A stretch of DNA of 64,000 nt from an uncultured Clostridia bacterium (GCA_934149165.1 CAKPDY010000001.1:38866-102865); one strand, 5' to 3'. Numbered from the stretch's first letter, positions 51,857-62,595 are shown. Notes: a model not told the origin generated them from the letters alone. Numbers and translations are program-made.

Positions 51857-53585
51857 ATGAATTTCAGTGAACAATTAAATACATATATAAAAAAAGCAAA
51901 TTGTTCTTCAAAACAACTTGCAAATGCTTCAGGACTTTCTCCTGCTGTTATAAGTCGTTACCGTAATGGGGAAAGAACACCTAATATTAGAAGTAAACAA
52001 TTAGATTTATTATCAGATGGATTATACACATTATTATGTGAAAAAAATATTGATATAAAAAAAGAAGAAATATACCAAAATCTTTCTGTAACATTAAATG
52101 ATGTTCATATTGATTTAGAACAATTAACTAAAAATTTTAATGAACTTACATCTGTTTTAAACATAAATATAGCAGAACTTTCTCGTAAAATGGGGTATGA
52201 TTCTTCTTATCTTTCTAAGTTTCGTACAGGAAGTACATTTCCATCAAAACCTCAACTTTTCATAGATGATGTTTCTAATTTTATTGTTACTAAATATACA
52301 TCTGAAGAAAATTTAAAATTGATTTCACTACTTATAAATTGTCCTGTTGAAGTTTTATATAAAAATTCTGATTACTATGAACATTTAAGAAAGTGGTTTT
52401 CTACCAATACATCTGCTACTCAAAATTATGTTGAAAACTTCTTAAATCATTTAGATACTTTCGATTTAAACGAATATATAAAAGCAATACATTTTGATGA
52501 AATGAAAGTTCCATATGTTCCTTTTTATAAATCTACTTCTAAAGATTATTATGGTATTGAAGAAATGAAAAAGGGAGAATTAGACTTCTTTAAAGCAACT
52601 GTATTTTCAAAATCTACTGAACCTGTTTTTATGTGTAGTGACATGCCTATGGAAGATATGGCACAAGATATTGATTTTGGTAAAAAATGGATGTTCGCAA
52701 TTGCAATGACTTTAAAAAAAGGGTTACATTTAAATATAATCCATAATCTTGACAGACCTTTTAATGAAATGATGTTAGGATTGGAAAGTTGGATACCTAT
52801 TTATATGACAGGTCAAGTTTCACCTTATTATTTAAAGGGATATGAGGATACTGTATATTGCCATTTTAACTATGTTTCAGGTTCAGTGGCTCTTACACGG
52901 AGAATGTATAAATGGATACCATGATAACGGAAAATATTTTTTAACAAGTAATAAAACTTATGTGTCTTATTATAAAACAAAATGCAAAAATTTACTTAAC
53001 AAAGCAAAACCTCTTATGGAAATTTATAGAGCTGAATCACAAGGTTCTTTTAATGCTTTTATGGTTTCCAATTCAAAATTAAAGGGAAAACGTAGAAGAA
53101 TATTATCATCATTGCCTATTCACACAATTTCTGATGAATTGCTTTTACGAATTCTAAAACATAATAATATTTCTAATGAAGATATTAAAACCATAACTAA
53201 ATCTGTACAAGAGCAAAAGAATTTAATTGCAAACATATTAGAAACAAGTATATTGGAAGATAAAATATCAGAAATTTCTGAAAAGGATTTTGAAAAAAAT
53301 CCTCCTATTCTTTCTCTTTCTGATAGTTTTTATGAAAATAAAGTTTATTATAGCTATGACGAATATGTTGAACATTTGAAATTAACAAAAGAATTTCAAA
53401 AAACTCATTCAAATTATAAAATTAGCCATAATTCTAATATTGTTTTTAAAAATATAAAAATTTATTTTTTTGATGATAATTGGATTATGATTTCAAAAGA
53501 TAATAGTCCTTCTATTCACTTTGTTATTCATCATCCCAAACTTATGGATGCTATTAATAAGTTCGTTCCCCCTGTTGTGGAGTAA
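51857..53585 (+). CDS. XRE-type HTH regulator with large C-terminal domain, interrupted by a +1 frame change at CGG 52898-52900
   Basis: ORFs 51857-52924 and 52842-53585 overlap on the same strand. Two HTH_3-like segments are present (QLANASGLSPAVISRYRNGERTP, LSRKMGYDSSYLSKFRTGSTFP). Skipping the C joins ...VSGSVALT to GECINGYHDNGKYFL.... Confidence 0.6.
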
Positions 53586-53635
53586 TTTTTTATTTAATAG
53601 CAATTTTATAAAATATAAAGGAGGCATAATTGCAC

Positions 53636-56036
53636 ATGAATTCAAATTTACTAAAACTAGAATTCGACAAAATATTACAAATACTTTCATTATATTGTAA
53701 AACTTATATAGGAAAAAACATAATGATAAAACTTTTACCATCTAATAACAAAAATGAAGTTCGGAATTATGCAAAAGCAAACATCTGAGGCATGTTTGCT
53801 TTTAAACCGCTATGGCAATATTCCTTTAGATGAAATTGAAAACATAACTCCATATGTAAAAAATTTAGAAAGTTTTATACCTCTTACACCAAAAGGATTA
53901 CTAGATATTGCAAAGATTTTAAAAATTTCAAATGATTTAAAACAATATTTTGATTTTGCAAACACTGAAACACCAGAATTAAAATTTAGTTTATTACAAT
54001 CTGAATTTGAAAATTTGTATTCAAATGTAGGAATTTATCAAAATATTATTAAAGCAATTTTAGATGAAAATACTATTGCAGACGATGCTTCAAAAACCTT
54101 AAACTCTTTGCGAAGAAATAGACGTAGACTAGAAAGTAGCATAAAAGAAAAGTTAAATTCCTTTATACACTCTTCTACTTATTCAAAATATATTATGGAA
54201 CCAATTATTACTATTCGTAATGATAGATATGTTATTCCTGTTAAAATTGAATATAAAGAAAATGTAACTGGTTTAATACATGATATATCTGCAAGTGGCT
54301 CTACTGTATATATTGAGCCAACTTCAATATTTGATTTAAATAATCAAATTAATAATATAAAACTTGAGGAAAATATAGAAATAGAAAAAATATTAGATAA
54401 TTTATCAAAACAACTTTATCCTATTATTGATAATATAAAACAAACCATAAATTCAATTGGAACTATTGATTTTATATTTGCAAAAGCTAAGTATTCTCAA
54501 GTAATGGATTGTGTTGAACCTATTATAAACACAGACAAATTTATAGATTTAAAACAGGCTCGTCATCCATTAATTAATGTTAAAACTGTTGTACCTATAG
54601 ATATTAATTTAGGAAAAGATTTTACATCTTTAATAATAACTGGTCCTAATACAGGTGGTAAAACTGTTACTTTAAAAACTGTTGGATTACTGTGTGTAAT
54701 GGGGTGTTCTGGTCTTCACATACCTGCTAGAGAAAACAGCAGTATTTATGTATTTGACAATATTTTTGCTGATATTGGTGATGAACAAAGTATTCAAGAA
54801 TCTTTAAGTACATTTTCTTCACATATTGTGAACATTATTTCAATTTTAAAAGAATCAACTGAAAATAGTTTGGTTTTAATAGATGAATTAGGTTCTGGTA
54901 CAGACCCTTTAGAAGGTGCTAATTTAGCAATAAGTATTTTAGAAAATTTTCATTCAAAAGGTACACTAACACTTACAACCACGCATTATTCAGAAATTAA
55001 AAATTATGCCTTAGTAACTACTGGATTTGAAAATGCTAGTTCTGAATTTGATATTGAAAATCTTCGTCCTACTTACAAAATTTTAATTGGTGTTCCTGGA
55101 AAAAGTAATGCTTTTGCAATAAGTAGAAAATTAGGGCTACCTGAGCCAATTTTAAAAAGAGCACAAAATTTGCTTACAGAAGACAATATAAGTGTTGAGG
55201 AATTAATAAAAAATATTTATGATGATAAATTGATAATTGAAAAAGAAAAAGAGAAAATTCTGCAAAATTCTAATCAAGTTGAAATGCTAAGAAAAAAACT
55301 TCAAACTAATGTATCTGATGTTGAACATAGAAAAAATGAAATTATTAATAATGCTAAAAATGAAGCTAGAAATATTTTAATTTCTGCTAAAGAAGATGCT
55401 AATAATATTATAAAAAAATTAAATGAATTATGTGAAAACACTGATACTAACACATTAAAATCTGCAAATAAACTACGTGATAGTTTAAATACAAATATAA
55501 AAAATAATTTAAATGAATTATCTAACAATACTTCTTCTTCTAAAAATTTAGAACCATTACAAATATCTATAGGAATGGAAGCACTTGTACACCCATTTAA
55601 TATGGTTGGAACAATTTTAACAATGCCTAATAAAAATAAAGAAGTACTTGTACAATTTGGAAATACTAAAACTAATATAAAAGTTGAAAATCTAGAATTA
55701 ATATCACACACTAAAAACTCTAATACTAACAAAAATAATTCAAACTTTTCAAATGATTCATATTCAAAATCAACATTAAAGTCAAAAAATATATCACCTG
55801 AAATTAATGTAATAGGTCAAAATGTTGAAGATGCTTTATTTATTATTGACAAATATTTAGATGATTGTTATTTAGCGAATTTGCCAACAGCAAGAATTGT
55901 TCATGGAAAAGGAACTGGAAAACTTAGAGATGGCATACATTTATTTTTAAGAAAACATCCTCATGTGCAGTCTTTTAGGTTAGGTACATTTGGAGAAGGT
56001 GAAATGGGAGTTACAATTGTTGAATTTAAAAAATAA
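53636..56036 (+). CDS. mutS2: endonuclease MutS2 (MutS domain plus Smr), interrupted by a +1 frame change at CGG 53762-53764
   Basis: The ATG at 53636 follows AAGGAGG. The 0 frame reads MNSNLLKLEFDKILQILSLYCKTYIGKNIMIKLLPSNNKNEVRNYAKANI*. Skipping the C gives ...NKNEVGIMQKQTSEACLLLN..., joining the 760-aa ORF. Motifs GPNTGGKT, DELGSGTDP and the Smr IVHGKGTGKLR are present. Confidence 0.88.
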
Positions 56037-56044
56037 GTTAAGAA

Positions 56045-56073
56045 AAAGACTGGCAATATCAGCCAGTCTTTTT
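56045..56073. terminator. bidirectional rho-independent terminator
   Basis: aaagactggc / gccagtcttt stem with a T-run on each strand, between convergent mutS2 and 56089-57144. Confidence 0.65.
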
Positions 56074-56088
56074 GAGGTTTTTACCTAA

Positions 56089-57144
56089 TTATACTATTTT
56101 ATATTCATATTTTTTATTATTTTTGTTATTGGATTTCATTATTTTCTGTGTTATTTCACAAATTTCTTTATCTGTTTCATCAAATATAAGAATTACTGAA
56201 GAATCGTCTACCTGTATTTTGTTAATAACAAGTATAATTTTTGTAACTACTCTACCTTTTTTAGCCGAATATTCACCAAGTTCGCCTTCAGTCAATTCAT
56301 AGAACATAGTACTTATTTCATTTGGTTCCAGTTCATATGCATTAACATAATGGTCGTACTGTTTTGCATTTTCTTCATTATTTCCGCAATACACTGTGAT
56401 TTTAGCAAGCTTTCTTATATTATCATTTATCTGCTTTTCCTCTTTTTCAGACATTTCAATAAGCTCTGAGTTTTCTTTCAAACTTTTTTCAAGCTCACTC
56501 ATATCTTCTTCTATTTTTGATGCTATTTTTTTTGCTTTCTCAACTGCTTTAGCAAGTTCGTTCATATTATTTTCAGCATCATTTGTAAGTTTTTTAATTT
56601 TTGCACTGATGTCTTCCTTGGTTTTCAAAAGCTCATTTTTATATTCTTTATTTTTTTCTTTCTTTTCAAGCCATTCTTCAAGTTCTGTAATTTCCTTTTT
56701 TTCAGAAACAGCATTATTTTCAGCATTTTCAGAGTTATTTTTTTCTGGAGCATTTTTTGGAGCATTTTTTGGTGCATTATTTTCCATATTCATAATAGAA
56801 TTAACCGGAATAAATTTTGCTTCTCCAACATTAATATTTTCTGAATATTCGCTAATGGCATTTCTGGCATTTTCTACAAGTTTTTTAAACTCTTTTGAAA
56901 CATTTTCAGTTTCATTCATCTTTTTCTCTTCCTTTGCTTTTCTCTCTTCAGCCTTTTTGGTATTTTCATCGATTTTAGAGATAAGCTCTTTCGGAGTTGA
57001 GTCTTCAAACTTATAAAGTTTATAAAGTTTCTCTGTAAATCTTTCTTTGCTTGTGCAGTTAAAGAAAGTAACCATCTGGTTCCATGTCCAGCCTTTGCGA
57101 ACCTTATCACGAATTCTGCCAGCTTCGAATCTGTTAGCATTCAT
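56089..57144 (-). CDS. coiled-coil protein of unknown function (module B, large subunit)
   Basis: 351-aa ORF. Small N-domain, K/E-rich linker, long heptad-like K/E/N segment, and a C-domain (ITVYCGNNE...ILVINKIQVDDSSVILIFDETDKEICEITQKIMK). Paralogous to 57645-58568. Confidence 0.6.
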   Translation of the reverse strand: MNANRFEAGRIRDKVRKGWTWNQMVTFFNCTSKERFTEKLYKLYKFEDSTPKELISKIDENTKKAEERKAKEEKKMNETENVSKEFKKLVENARNAISEYSENINVGEAKFIPVNSIMNMENNAPKNAPKNAPEKNNSENAENNAVSEKKEITELEEWLEKKEKNKEYKNELLKTKEDISAKIKKLTNDAENNMNELAKAVEKAKKIASKIEEDMSELEKSLKENSELIEMSEKEEKQINDNIRKLAKITVYCGNNEENAKQYDHYVNAYELEPNEISTMFYELTEGELGEYSAKKGRVVTKIILVINKIQVDDSSVILIFDETDKEICEITQKIMKSNNKNNKKYEYKIV

Positions 57145-57148
57145 ATTT

Positions 57149-57475
57149 TTATCCTCCTATATTTTTCAGGGTTTCCAATATGCTTTTAAGTCTTTCCATA
57201 GTTTCGTATGCTTCTTTACTAACTTCTTCAAAAGTTTTTTTACTTTTTTTAGAACTTTCTACATCTTCCTTTTTTGTATTAACAACACTTTTTCTAACGG
57301 AATATGTATATTTATCCACTCCATTGATTTCCTCGAAATTTCTTACTTTTTTGTAAAGTGTGGATCTGCCAATTCCAAGTATTTTGGCTATCTGTTTAAC
57401 AGATTTACCTTTCTTCCAGAGAACATCAAATTCTTTGGCTTGACTTTTCATTAATTCTGGCTTTTCTTCATTCAT
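57149..57475 (-). CDS. small HTH protein (module B)
   Basis: 108-aa ORF. LWKKGKSVKQIAKILGIGRSTLYKKV is a resolvase/Hin-type HTH. Its stop is 4 nt before the next start. Paralogous to 58602-58937. Confidence 0.6.
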   Translation of the reverse strand: MNEEKPELMKSQAKEFDVLWKKGKSVKQIAKILGIGRSTLYKKVRNFEEINGVDKYTYSVRKSVVNTKKEDVESSKKSKKTFEEVSKEAYETMERLKSILETLKNIGG

Positions 57476-57561
57476 TTTAACTCCTTTTGCTAAAAGTTTC
57501 CAATAACGTATGATTTTTTATTTAGGTAAATTATCGACCTCCTTAATGTTATAATGCAACT

Positions 57562-57590
57562 ATTATATCACTTCTAGCATTTTATGTCAA
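57562..57590 (-). promoter_or_regulatory. consensus sigma-A promoter of module B
   Basis: On the minus strand, TTGACA (57585-57590), a 17-nt spacer, then TATAAT (57562-57567). Confidence 0.6.
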
Positions 57591-57599
57591 CACTTTTTC

Positions 57600-57633
57600 A
57601 AAAAAAAAAAGAGCCAACCATTATGGTCAGCTC
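57600..57633 (-). terminator. rho-independent terminator of module A
   Basis: On the minus strand, gagcugacca-uaa-ugguuggcuc (10 bp including 2 G.U pairs) followed by U11. Confidence 0.65.
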
Positions 57634-57644
57634 AATTGGGATTA

Positions 57645-58568
57645 TTATTTTTCTTTTATCACGCATTTGCATTTCATAATATCTGCCAAAAATCTGGATA
57701 TTTCACTATCTTTTTCAAACACCAACTGTATCTGACGATTCTCAAAATCCTTTTCGATTATTGAAATACAAACCAAAATTTCTGCAACCTTTTTCAGGCT
57801 TTTCGCCTTCAATTCTTCTGCATGTTTACAAATTTCTGGATTGCAAAGCAATTCATCTATTTTCTTGATGACCACTTCTTTTTCAAACTCAAAATCTTTC
57901 AATTTTCCATCTGAACTTATATCTTCAATAGAATCGCAAACCAAACTGTATTTTTTATATTTTTCAATTTGCTCTTCAATAGAATTTTTTTCGTCTTTGC
58001 ATAATTTAAGAAATTCAGAGTTTTCAGCAATTTTTTCGTTTGCATCTGCTATTATTATTCCAAATTCCTCTGCCTGCTTTTTGTATGATGTTACAATATT
58101 TTCTATCTCATGCAACTTATCATACACTTCACTTAATTTTGTAATTGCATTATGCTTCTGACTAAAAAGTTTCTTTTTTTCACTTTCAAAGTAACAAATT
58201 TCCTTAACAACATTTTCCAAGTTAATTGTAAGTGCATCTAATACATCTTCACTTTTACTTGATGCAACATTATTATTTATTGGTACAATTTCTTCAATTT
58301 CTTCAATGTTCAGGTTAACATCTTCAACATTATTTTTAACATTGTTTTTAACCTTTTTTTCCTTTTTTGCCTTTTTGTTAATCTTTGAATTTTTTTCAAT
58401 TCTTCTTGTAATTCTATTTCTATCACTTTCTCTGTATCTGTAAACTCTGTTTACTTCATGCTTCAATTCTTCTTCACCTTTCATTCCAAAGTAAGCAATA
58501 ATCTGTTCTGCTCCCATATTTTTATCTAAACAAAAGTTGAGTGTCTTTGCATTAAAATTCTGAATCAT
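57645..58568 (-). CDS. coiled-coil protein of unknown function (module A, large subunit)
   Basis: 307-aa ORF with the same architecture as 56089-57144 (YSLVCDSIE...ILVCISIIEKDFENRQIQLVFEKDSEISRFLADIMK). Confidence 0.6.
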   Translation of the reverse strand: MIQNFNAKTLNFCLDKNMGAEQIIAYFGMKGEEELKHEVNRVYRYRESDRNRITRRIEKNSKINKKAKKEKKVKNNVKNNVEDVNLNIEEIEEIVPINNNVASSKSEDVLDALTINLENVVKEICYFESEKKKLFSQKHNAITKLSEVYDKLHEIENIVTSYKKQAEEFGIIIADANEKIAENSEFLKLCKDEKNSIEEQIEKYKKYSLVCDSIEDISSDGKLKDFEFEKEVVIKKIDELLCNPEICKHAEELKAKSLKKVAEILVCISIIEKDFENRQIQLVFEKDSEISRFLADIMKCKCVIKEK

Positions 58569-58601
58569 TAATTTTTCCTCCTTAGTTTATGTTGTTAAAA
58601 T

Positions 58602-58937
58602 TTAATTGTTTTCTTTAATGATTTTTTCTATTGAATCTTCCACCTGTTTTATTGAATTCAGCAGGTTTTCAAAAGACTCAAGCATTTCTTCTACACTACA
58701 GTCTGTCTGTTTTTTTACTTTGTCATTGTTTCTTCTCTGTCCTGGATGGGATTTATTTGGTGCTTCAAGATAATACAATCTAGTTGCAACATTATTGTTT
58801 TTTGCAACTTCCTCCAAATATTTGTATGTGGTTGTAATATGAATGCCATAGAATTCAGAAATCTCCTTGATTGATTTTCCATTTTCCCACATACTGTGAA
58901 AATTTTTAATCATTTCATTTACAGATTCAGTCTTCAT
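58602..58937 (-). CDS. small HTH protein (module A)
   Basis: 111-aa ORF. MWENGKSIKEISEFYGIHITTTYKYL is an HTH. The C-terminal half is helical and acidic. Confidence 0.6.
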   Translation of the reverse strand: MKTESVNEMIKNFHSMWENGKSIKEISEFYGIHITTTYKYLEEVAKNNNVATRLYYLEAPNKSHPGQRRNNDKVKKQTDCSVEEMLESFENLLNSIKQVEDSIEKIIKENN

Positions 58938-59026
58938 TTGAATTATCCTTTCTTAGCAGTTATTAAGTTTTGAATGTGCGTAGTTTTTGATATTTCTATC
59001 AATCCCCCTAATATCATAATAACATT

Positions 59027-59055
59027 ATTATAACATTTTTGTTATTTATTGTCAA
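59027..59055 (-). promoter_or_regulatory. consensus sigma-A promoter of module A
   Basis: On the minus strand, TTGACA (59050-59055), a 17-nt spacer, then TATAAT (59027-59032). The leader shares an ATTAT.A.ATTA.GG.GG..GATA motif with the module B leader. Confidence 0.55.
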
Positions 59056-60908
59056 CATAATTCGTGTACTTTAGCATTATCAACAAAATAAACCTTATAC
59101 CAAACTAAGAAAATATAAATATTATATAATTTTCTACCATGATTTTCCACACCTGCATAATGATCATCAAGCATTTTGTTAATTTTATCTTTATCAAAGA
59201 ATTCACTTACCCAATCTTGCATAAATAACTCTTTAACTTTATTAAAATATTTTTCCTCTTTTATCCACATAAAGAAAGGAACTGGAAATCCAAGTTTTCT
59301 TCTTTTAGCCCATTCTTCTGGGATTACTTCAGCTGCAACATCTCTGAAAACCTTTTTTGTTTCTCCATCTTTTATTAAATATTTACTAGGAATTTTTCTT
59401 GCAACATTCCATACTTCTTTATCTAAAAATGGAACTCTTAATTCAACAGAATTAGCCATACTCATTTTATCTGCTTTTAAAAGCATATCTTTAGCAAGCC
59501 AAAAATGCATATTTATATACATCATTTGAGTAATCTCATCTTCATTTTTTACATCTTCATAATATGGTTTTATAATATCTGCATATTTTACTCCATTTTC
59601 TTTTAATTCATCACATAAAATATCTTTTGTTTCATCATCATCCATAATAAAAGCATTTCCAATAAATCTTTCAGATAAAGGTCTATCATATTGACATATA
59701 ATTCTTTTACCTTTGAATTTCTTTTTAGTTCTAGCTTTTTTTGCTAGTGCTTTTCTAAAAGCCAAAGGTAATTTGCAATATGCTTTAATCCATTTGCTAA
59801 CATTAAGTTCATTATATCCACCATACATTTCATCTGCACCTTCACCTGAAAGTACAACCTTTACCTTTTCTCTTGCTAATTTTGATAAAAAGTAAAGTGG
59901 AACTGTTGATAAATTGGCATGTGGTTCATCTGTGTGATATTGTACAAGTGGTAATGCATTAAAGAAATCATCACCTGTTAGTACTCTGTTATAATTATTT
60001 GTATTAAATATTTTTGATAAATCTTTTGCAAAATTTGATTCATCAAAACCTGTTTTATCAAACCCTACAGTAAATGTTTTATCTGGTTTTGCCATACTTA
60101 CAATATATGAAGAATCAACACCACCTGATAAATATGAACCTACTTCAACATCACTTATTTGATGACATTTTACTGAATCTTCCAATGATTCTTTTACTTG
60201 TTTTTTATAGTTTTCATATGTATCATCTTGTTTTAAATATTCAGCTTTGAAATATTGTTTTATTTCTATTTTTCCGTCTTTGTATTTAATGTAATTTCCT
60301 GGTTTTAGCCTAAATGTATTTTTAAAAAATGTTTCATCTAATACTGAATATTGGAATGTTAAATAAGGTTTTAAAGCCTTTTTATTTACTTCTTTTACAA
60401 AATTTGGATGGTCTAAGAAACTTTTTATTTCAGAACCAAACATAAATGTTTTTTCATCTTTATAATAATAGAATGGTTTAATTCCAAAATAGTCTCTAAC
60501 ACCAATCATTTCATTATTTTTTATATCATAAATTATGAAAGCAAACATTCCTCTTAATTTATTAAATAGTTCTTCTTTATATTCTTCATAACCATGGACT
60601 AAAACCTCTGTATCAGAATTTGTTTTGAATTCATGACCTTTAGTTTCTAATTCTTTTTTTATTTCTTGATAATTATAAATTTCCCCATTGAAAACTACAA
60701 CTATTGATTTATCTTCATTAAACATTGGTTGTGTTCCACTTGCTAAATCTATTATTGATAATCTTCTATGACCTAATGCTATATTATCATCTATGTAATA
60801 TCCTTCTTGGTCTGGACCTCTATGTATTATTCTATCTGCCATTAATTTTATTGTTTTTTGTTTTTCGTCTTTATTTAATTTATCTATAAACCCTACAAAA
60901 CCACACAT
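59052..60908 (-). CDS. asnB: asparagine synthase (glutamine-hydrolysing)
   Basis: 618-aa ORF. N-terminal MCGFVGF nucleophile Cys and the SGGVDSS PP-loop. Confidence 0.92.
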   Translation of the reverse strand: MCGFVGFIDKLNKDEKQKTIKLMADRIIHRGPDQEGYYIDDNIALGHRRLSIIDLASGTQPMFNEDKSIVVVFNGEIYNYQEIKKELETKGHEFKTNSDTEVLVHGYEEYKEELFNKLRGMFAFIIYDIKNNEMIGVRDYFGIKPFYYYKDEKTFMFGSEIKSFLDHPNFVKEVNKKALKPYLTFQYSVLDETFFKNTFRLKPGNYIKYKDGKIEIKQYFKAEYLKQDDTYENYKKQVKESLEDSVKCHQISDVEVGSYLSGGVDSSYIVSMAKPDKTFTVGFDKTGFDESNFAKDLSKIFNTNNYNRVLTGDDFFNALPLVQYHTDEPHANLSTVPLYFLSKLAREKVKVVLSGEGADEMYGGYNELNVSKWIKAYCKLPLAFRKALAKKARTKKKFKGKRIICQYDRPLSERFIGNAFIMDDDETKDILCDELKENGVKYADIIKPYYEDVKNEDEITQMMYINMHFWLAKDMLLKADKMSMANSVELRVPFLDKEVWNVARKIPSKYLIKDGETKKVFRDVAAEVIPEEWAKRRKLGFPVPFFMWIKEEKYFNKVKELFMQDWVSEFFDKDKINKMLDDHYAGVENHGRKLYNIYIFLVWYKVYFVDNAKVHELC

Positions 60909-61094
60909 GATTTTTTCTTCCTTTCGTTTTTTATTATTGATTGCCTTTTATTTATTTTTTATTGCTATCTAAAATTTATTTCTAAACTATTATAGTTTAT
61001 ACTATTACTGTATTTTTATTTAAAATTTAGATTTAAGTTCTAAGTTTTAATTTTTAATTTTTAAGCTTTAATTTTTAAGCTTTCAGTTTTAACT

Positions 61095-61670
61095 TTAAAT
61101 TCCTAAAATAGTATTTAATTCTTTTTCAGTTAAAGACAATTCTTTACTATTTTCAATATTATATACTTTTATATTTGGGAATTTTTCTTGTATTTCACTT
61201 GCCATTTTTAAATACTCGTGTTGTTGCTTTATGCTATTTTCTGCACTAAATTTGGCATAGGCAGGTTCAACCTTTCCCTCTCTTTTTAATCTTGTTTCAT
61301 ACAAACTTTCATCTTCTAAATACAAAGTTATATAATATATATCAAAATCTAATTTACTAAATTTTTCTACTAAATCATTATATACTTCTGTAAAAGAATA
61401 ATCTTTTTTTCCTAATCTACAGTAATTTTCTTCTGAAAAGAAAGTTCTATCAAAAAGCAAATTAATACTTAAATTTTCCATTTTTTCTATATATTCTAAT
61501 AAGTCGTAATACATTTTTGTACTTTTTTCTAAACCTGTTATTGTAGAATCACTTACACCACTTAATCTATATAAATTTGTATGTTTTAATGTATTTCTTA
61601 TATAATCTGTTATTGTTGTTTTTCCTGCACCTTGCGCACCTTCTACTACTATTATTTTTGAATTTGCCAT
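61095..61670 (-). CDS. P-loop kinase-like protein (dNK/thymidylate kinase-like fold), function unknown
   Basis: The ORF runs 61095-61739. The likely start is MANSKIIVVEGAQGAGKTT at 61670, after AGAAAGAGG. Walker A is the only clear motif. Confidence 0.5.
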   Translation of the reverse strand: MANSKIIVVEGAQGAGKTTITDYIRNTLKHTNLYRLSGVSDSTITGLEKSTKMYYDLLEYIEKMENLSINLLFDRTFFSEENYCRLGKKDYSFTEVYNDLVEKFSKLDFDIYYITLYLEDESLYETRLKREGKVEPAYAKFSAENSIKQQHEYLKMASEIQEKFPNIKVYNIENSKELSLTEKELNTILGI

Positions 61671-61869
61671 TTTTATTACCTCTTTCTTTTTTGATGTCAA
61701 TTTACGAAATATAAAAAAATTTTCGTTTTCACATTTCATAGCCTATATGTTTATGTGAATTATATCATATATAAAAAAAAATGGAATAGAATTATTCCAT
61801 TTTTTTTACAATCTTATTAAAGTTACTCTTGTATTGTATAATAAACTAAAATTCACGATTAAATTATAA

Positions 61870-62517
61870 CTAATTTACCTTATTTAATTTATCATATATT
61901 TCATTTGATTTTTTAAAAAATTCTTCTTTATTATCAATTAATTTCTGTAATTTTTCCAAATACTCATTATATTTATTATCATCTACATAATACATATTTA
62001 TTGCATATCCATTTTTTCCAAATTTTTCTATTGCATGTTCTAAATTTCTATTCAGTATTTGTTGTTTAGTATATTCTGGATGATGCTCTTTCTCATAAGA
62101 TATACATCTTTCAAAATATTTATCAATATCCAAACATTTATCTGCAGAAGCTAAAATTCTTCCATATATGCTTCTTGGAATTTTTCCTTTTGATGACCTA
62201 TGGTCCTCTATAGCTTGTTTTATTATTTCTTTCTCATCTTTGCTAAAAAACTTATCCAAATTTTTATCTTCCATCATCATGTTTGCAGAAACAATTTCAT
62301 GATTTTTTCTATCTATATGGTCACCTATATCATGAAATGTTACAGCTGTATATAAAATATTGTAATTTAATCCAGGATATAATTCAGAAATCTCTGTTGC
62401 ACGTTTTACAACCATTTCTATATGCTCAGCTCCATGAGCTTTGCCATTTAATTTATATACTGGTATAATTTTATTTTTAATATATTTTACTAATTCTTTA
62501 TTAACATATTTTTCCAT
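61870..62517 (-). CDS. HD-domain phosphohydrolase
   Basis: 215-aa ORF with H...HD...D (GAEHIEMV, FHDIGDHIDR, EDHR). Confidence 0.7.
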   Translation of the reverse strand: MEKYVNKELVKYIKNKIIPVYKLNGKAHGAEHIEMVVKRATEISELYPGLNYNILYTAVTFHDIGDHIDRKNHEIVSANMMMEDKNLDKFFSKDEKEIIKQAIEDHRSSKGKIPRSIYGRILASADKCLDIDKYFERCISYEKEHHPEYTKQQILNRNLEHAIEKFGKNGYAINMYYVDDNKYNEYLEKLQKLIDNKEEFFKKSNEIYDKLNKVN

Positions 62518-62595
62518 ACTAAAACCTATTCCTTTCTTTGTTCAATTAAAAGAAAGCTCACATTTAGTTTAAAGCTATCTATTTACACATTTTTC

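Noticed and set aside
61056-61083. Tandem 14-bp repeat AATTTTTAAGCTTT x2 between the kinase-like gene and asnB
   Set aside because: It is only two copies of an AT-rich unit in an AT-rich spacer. It cannot be distinguished from chance or slippage and has no associated feature.
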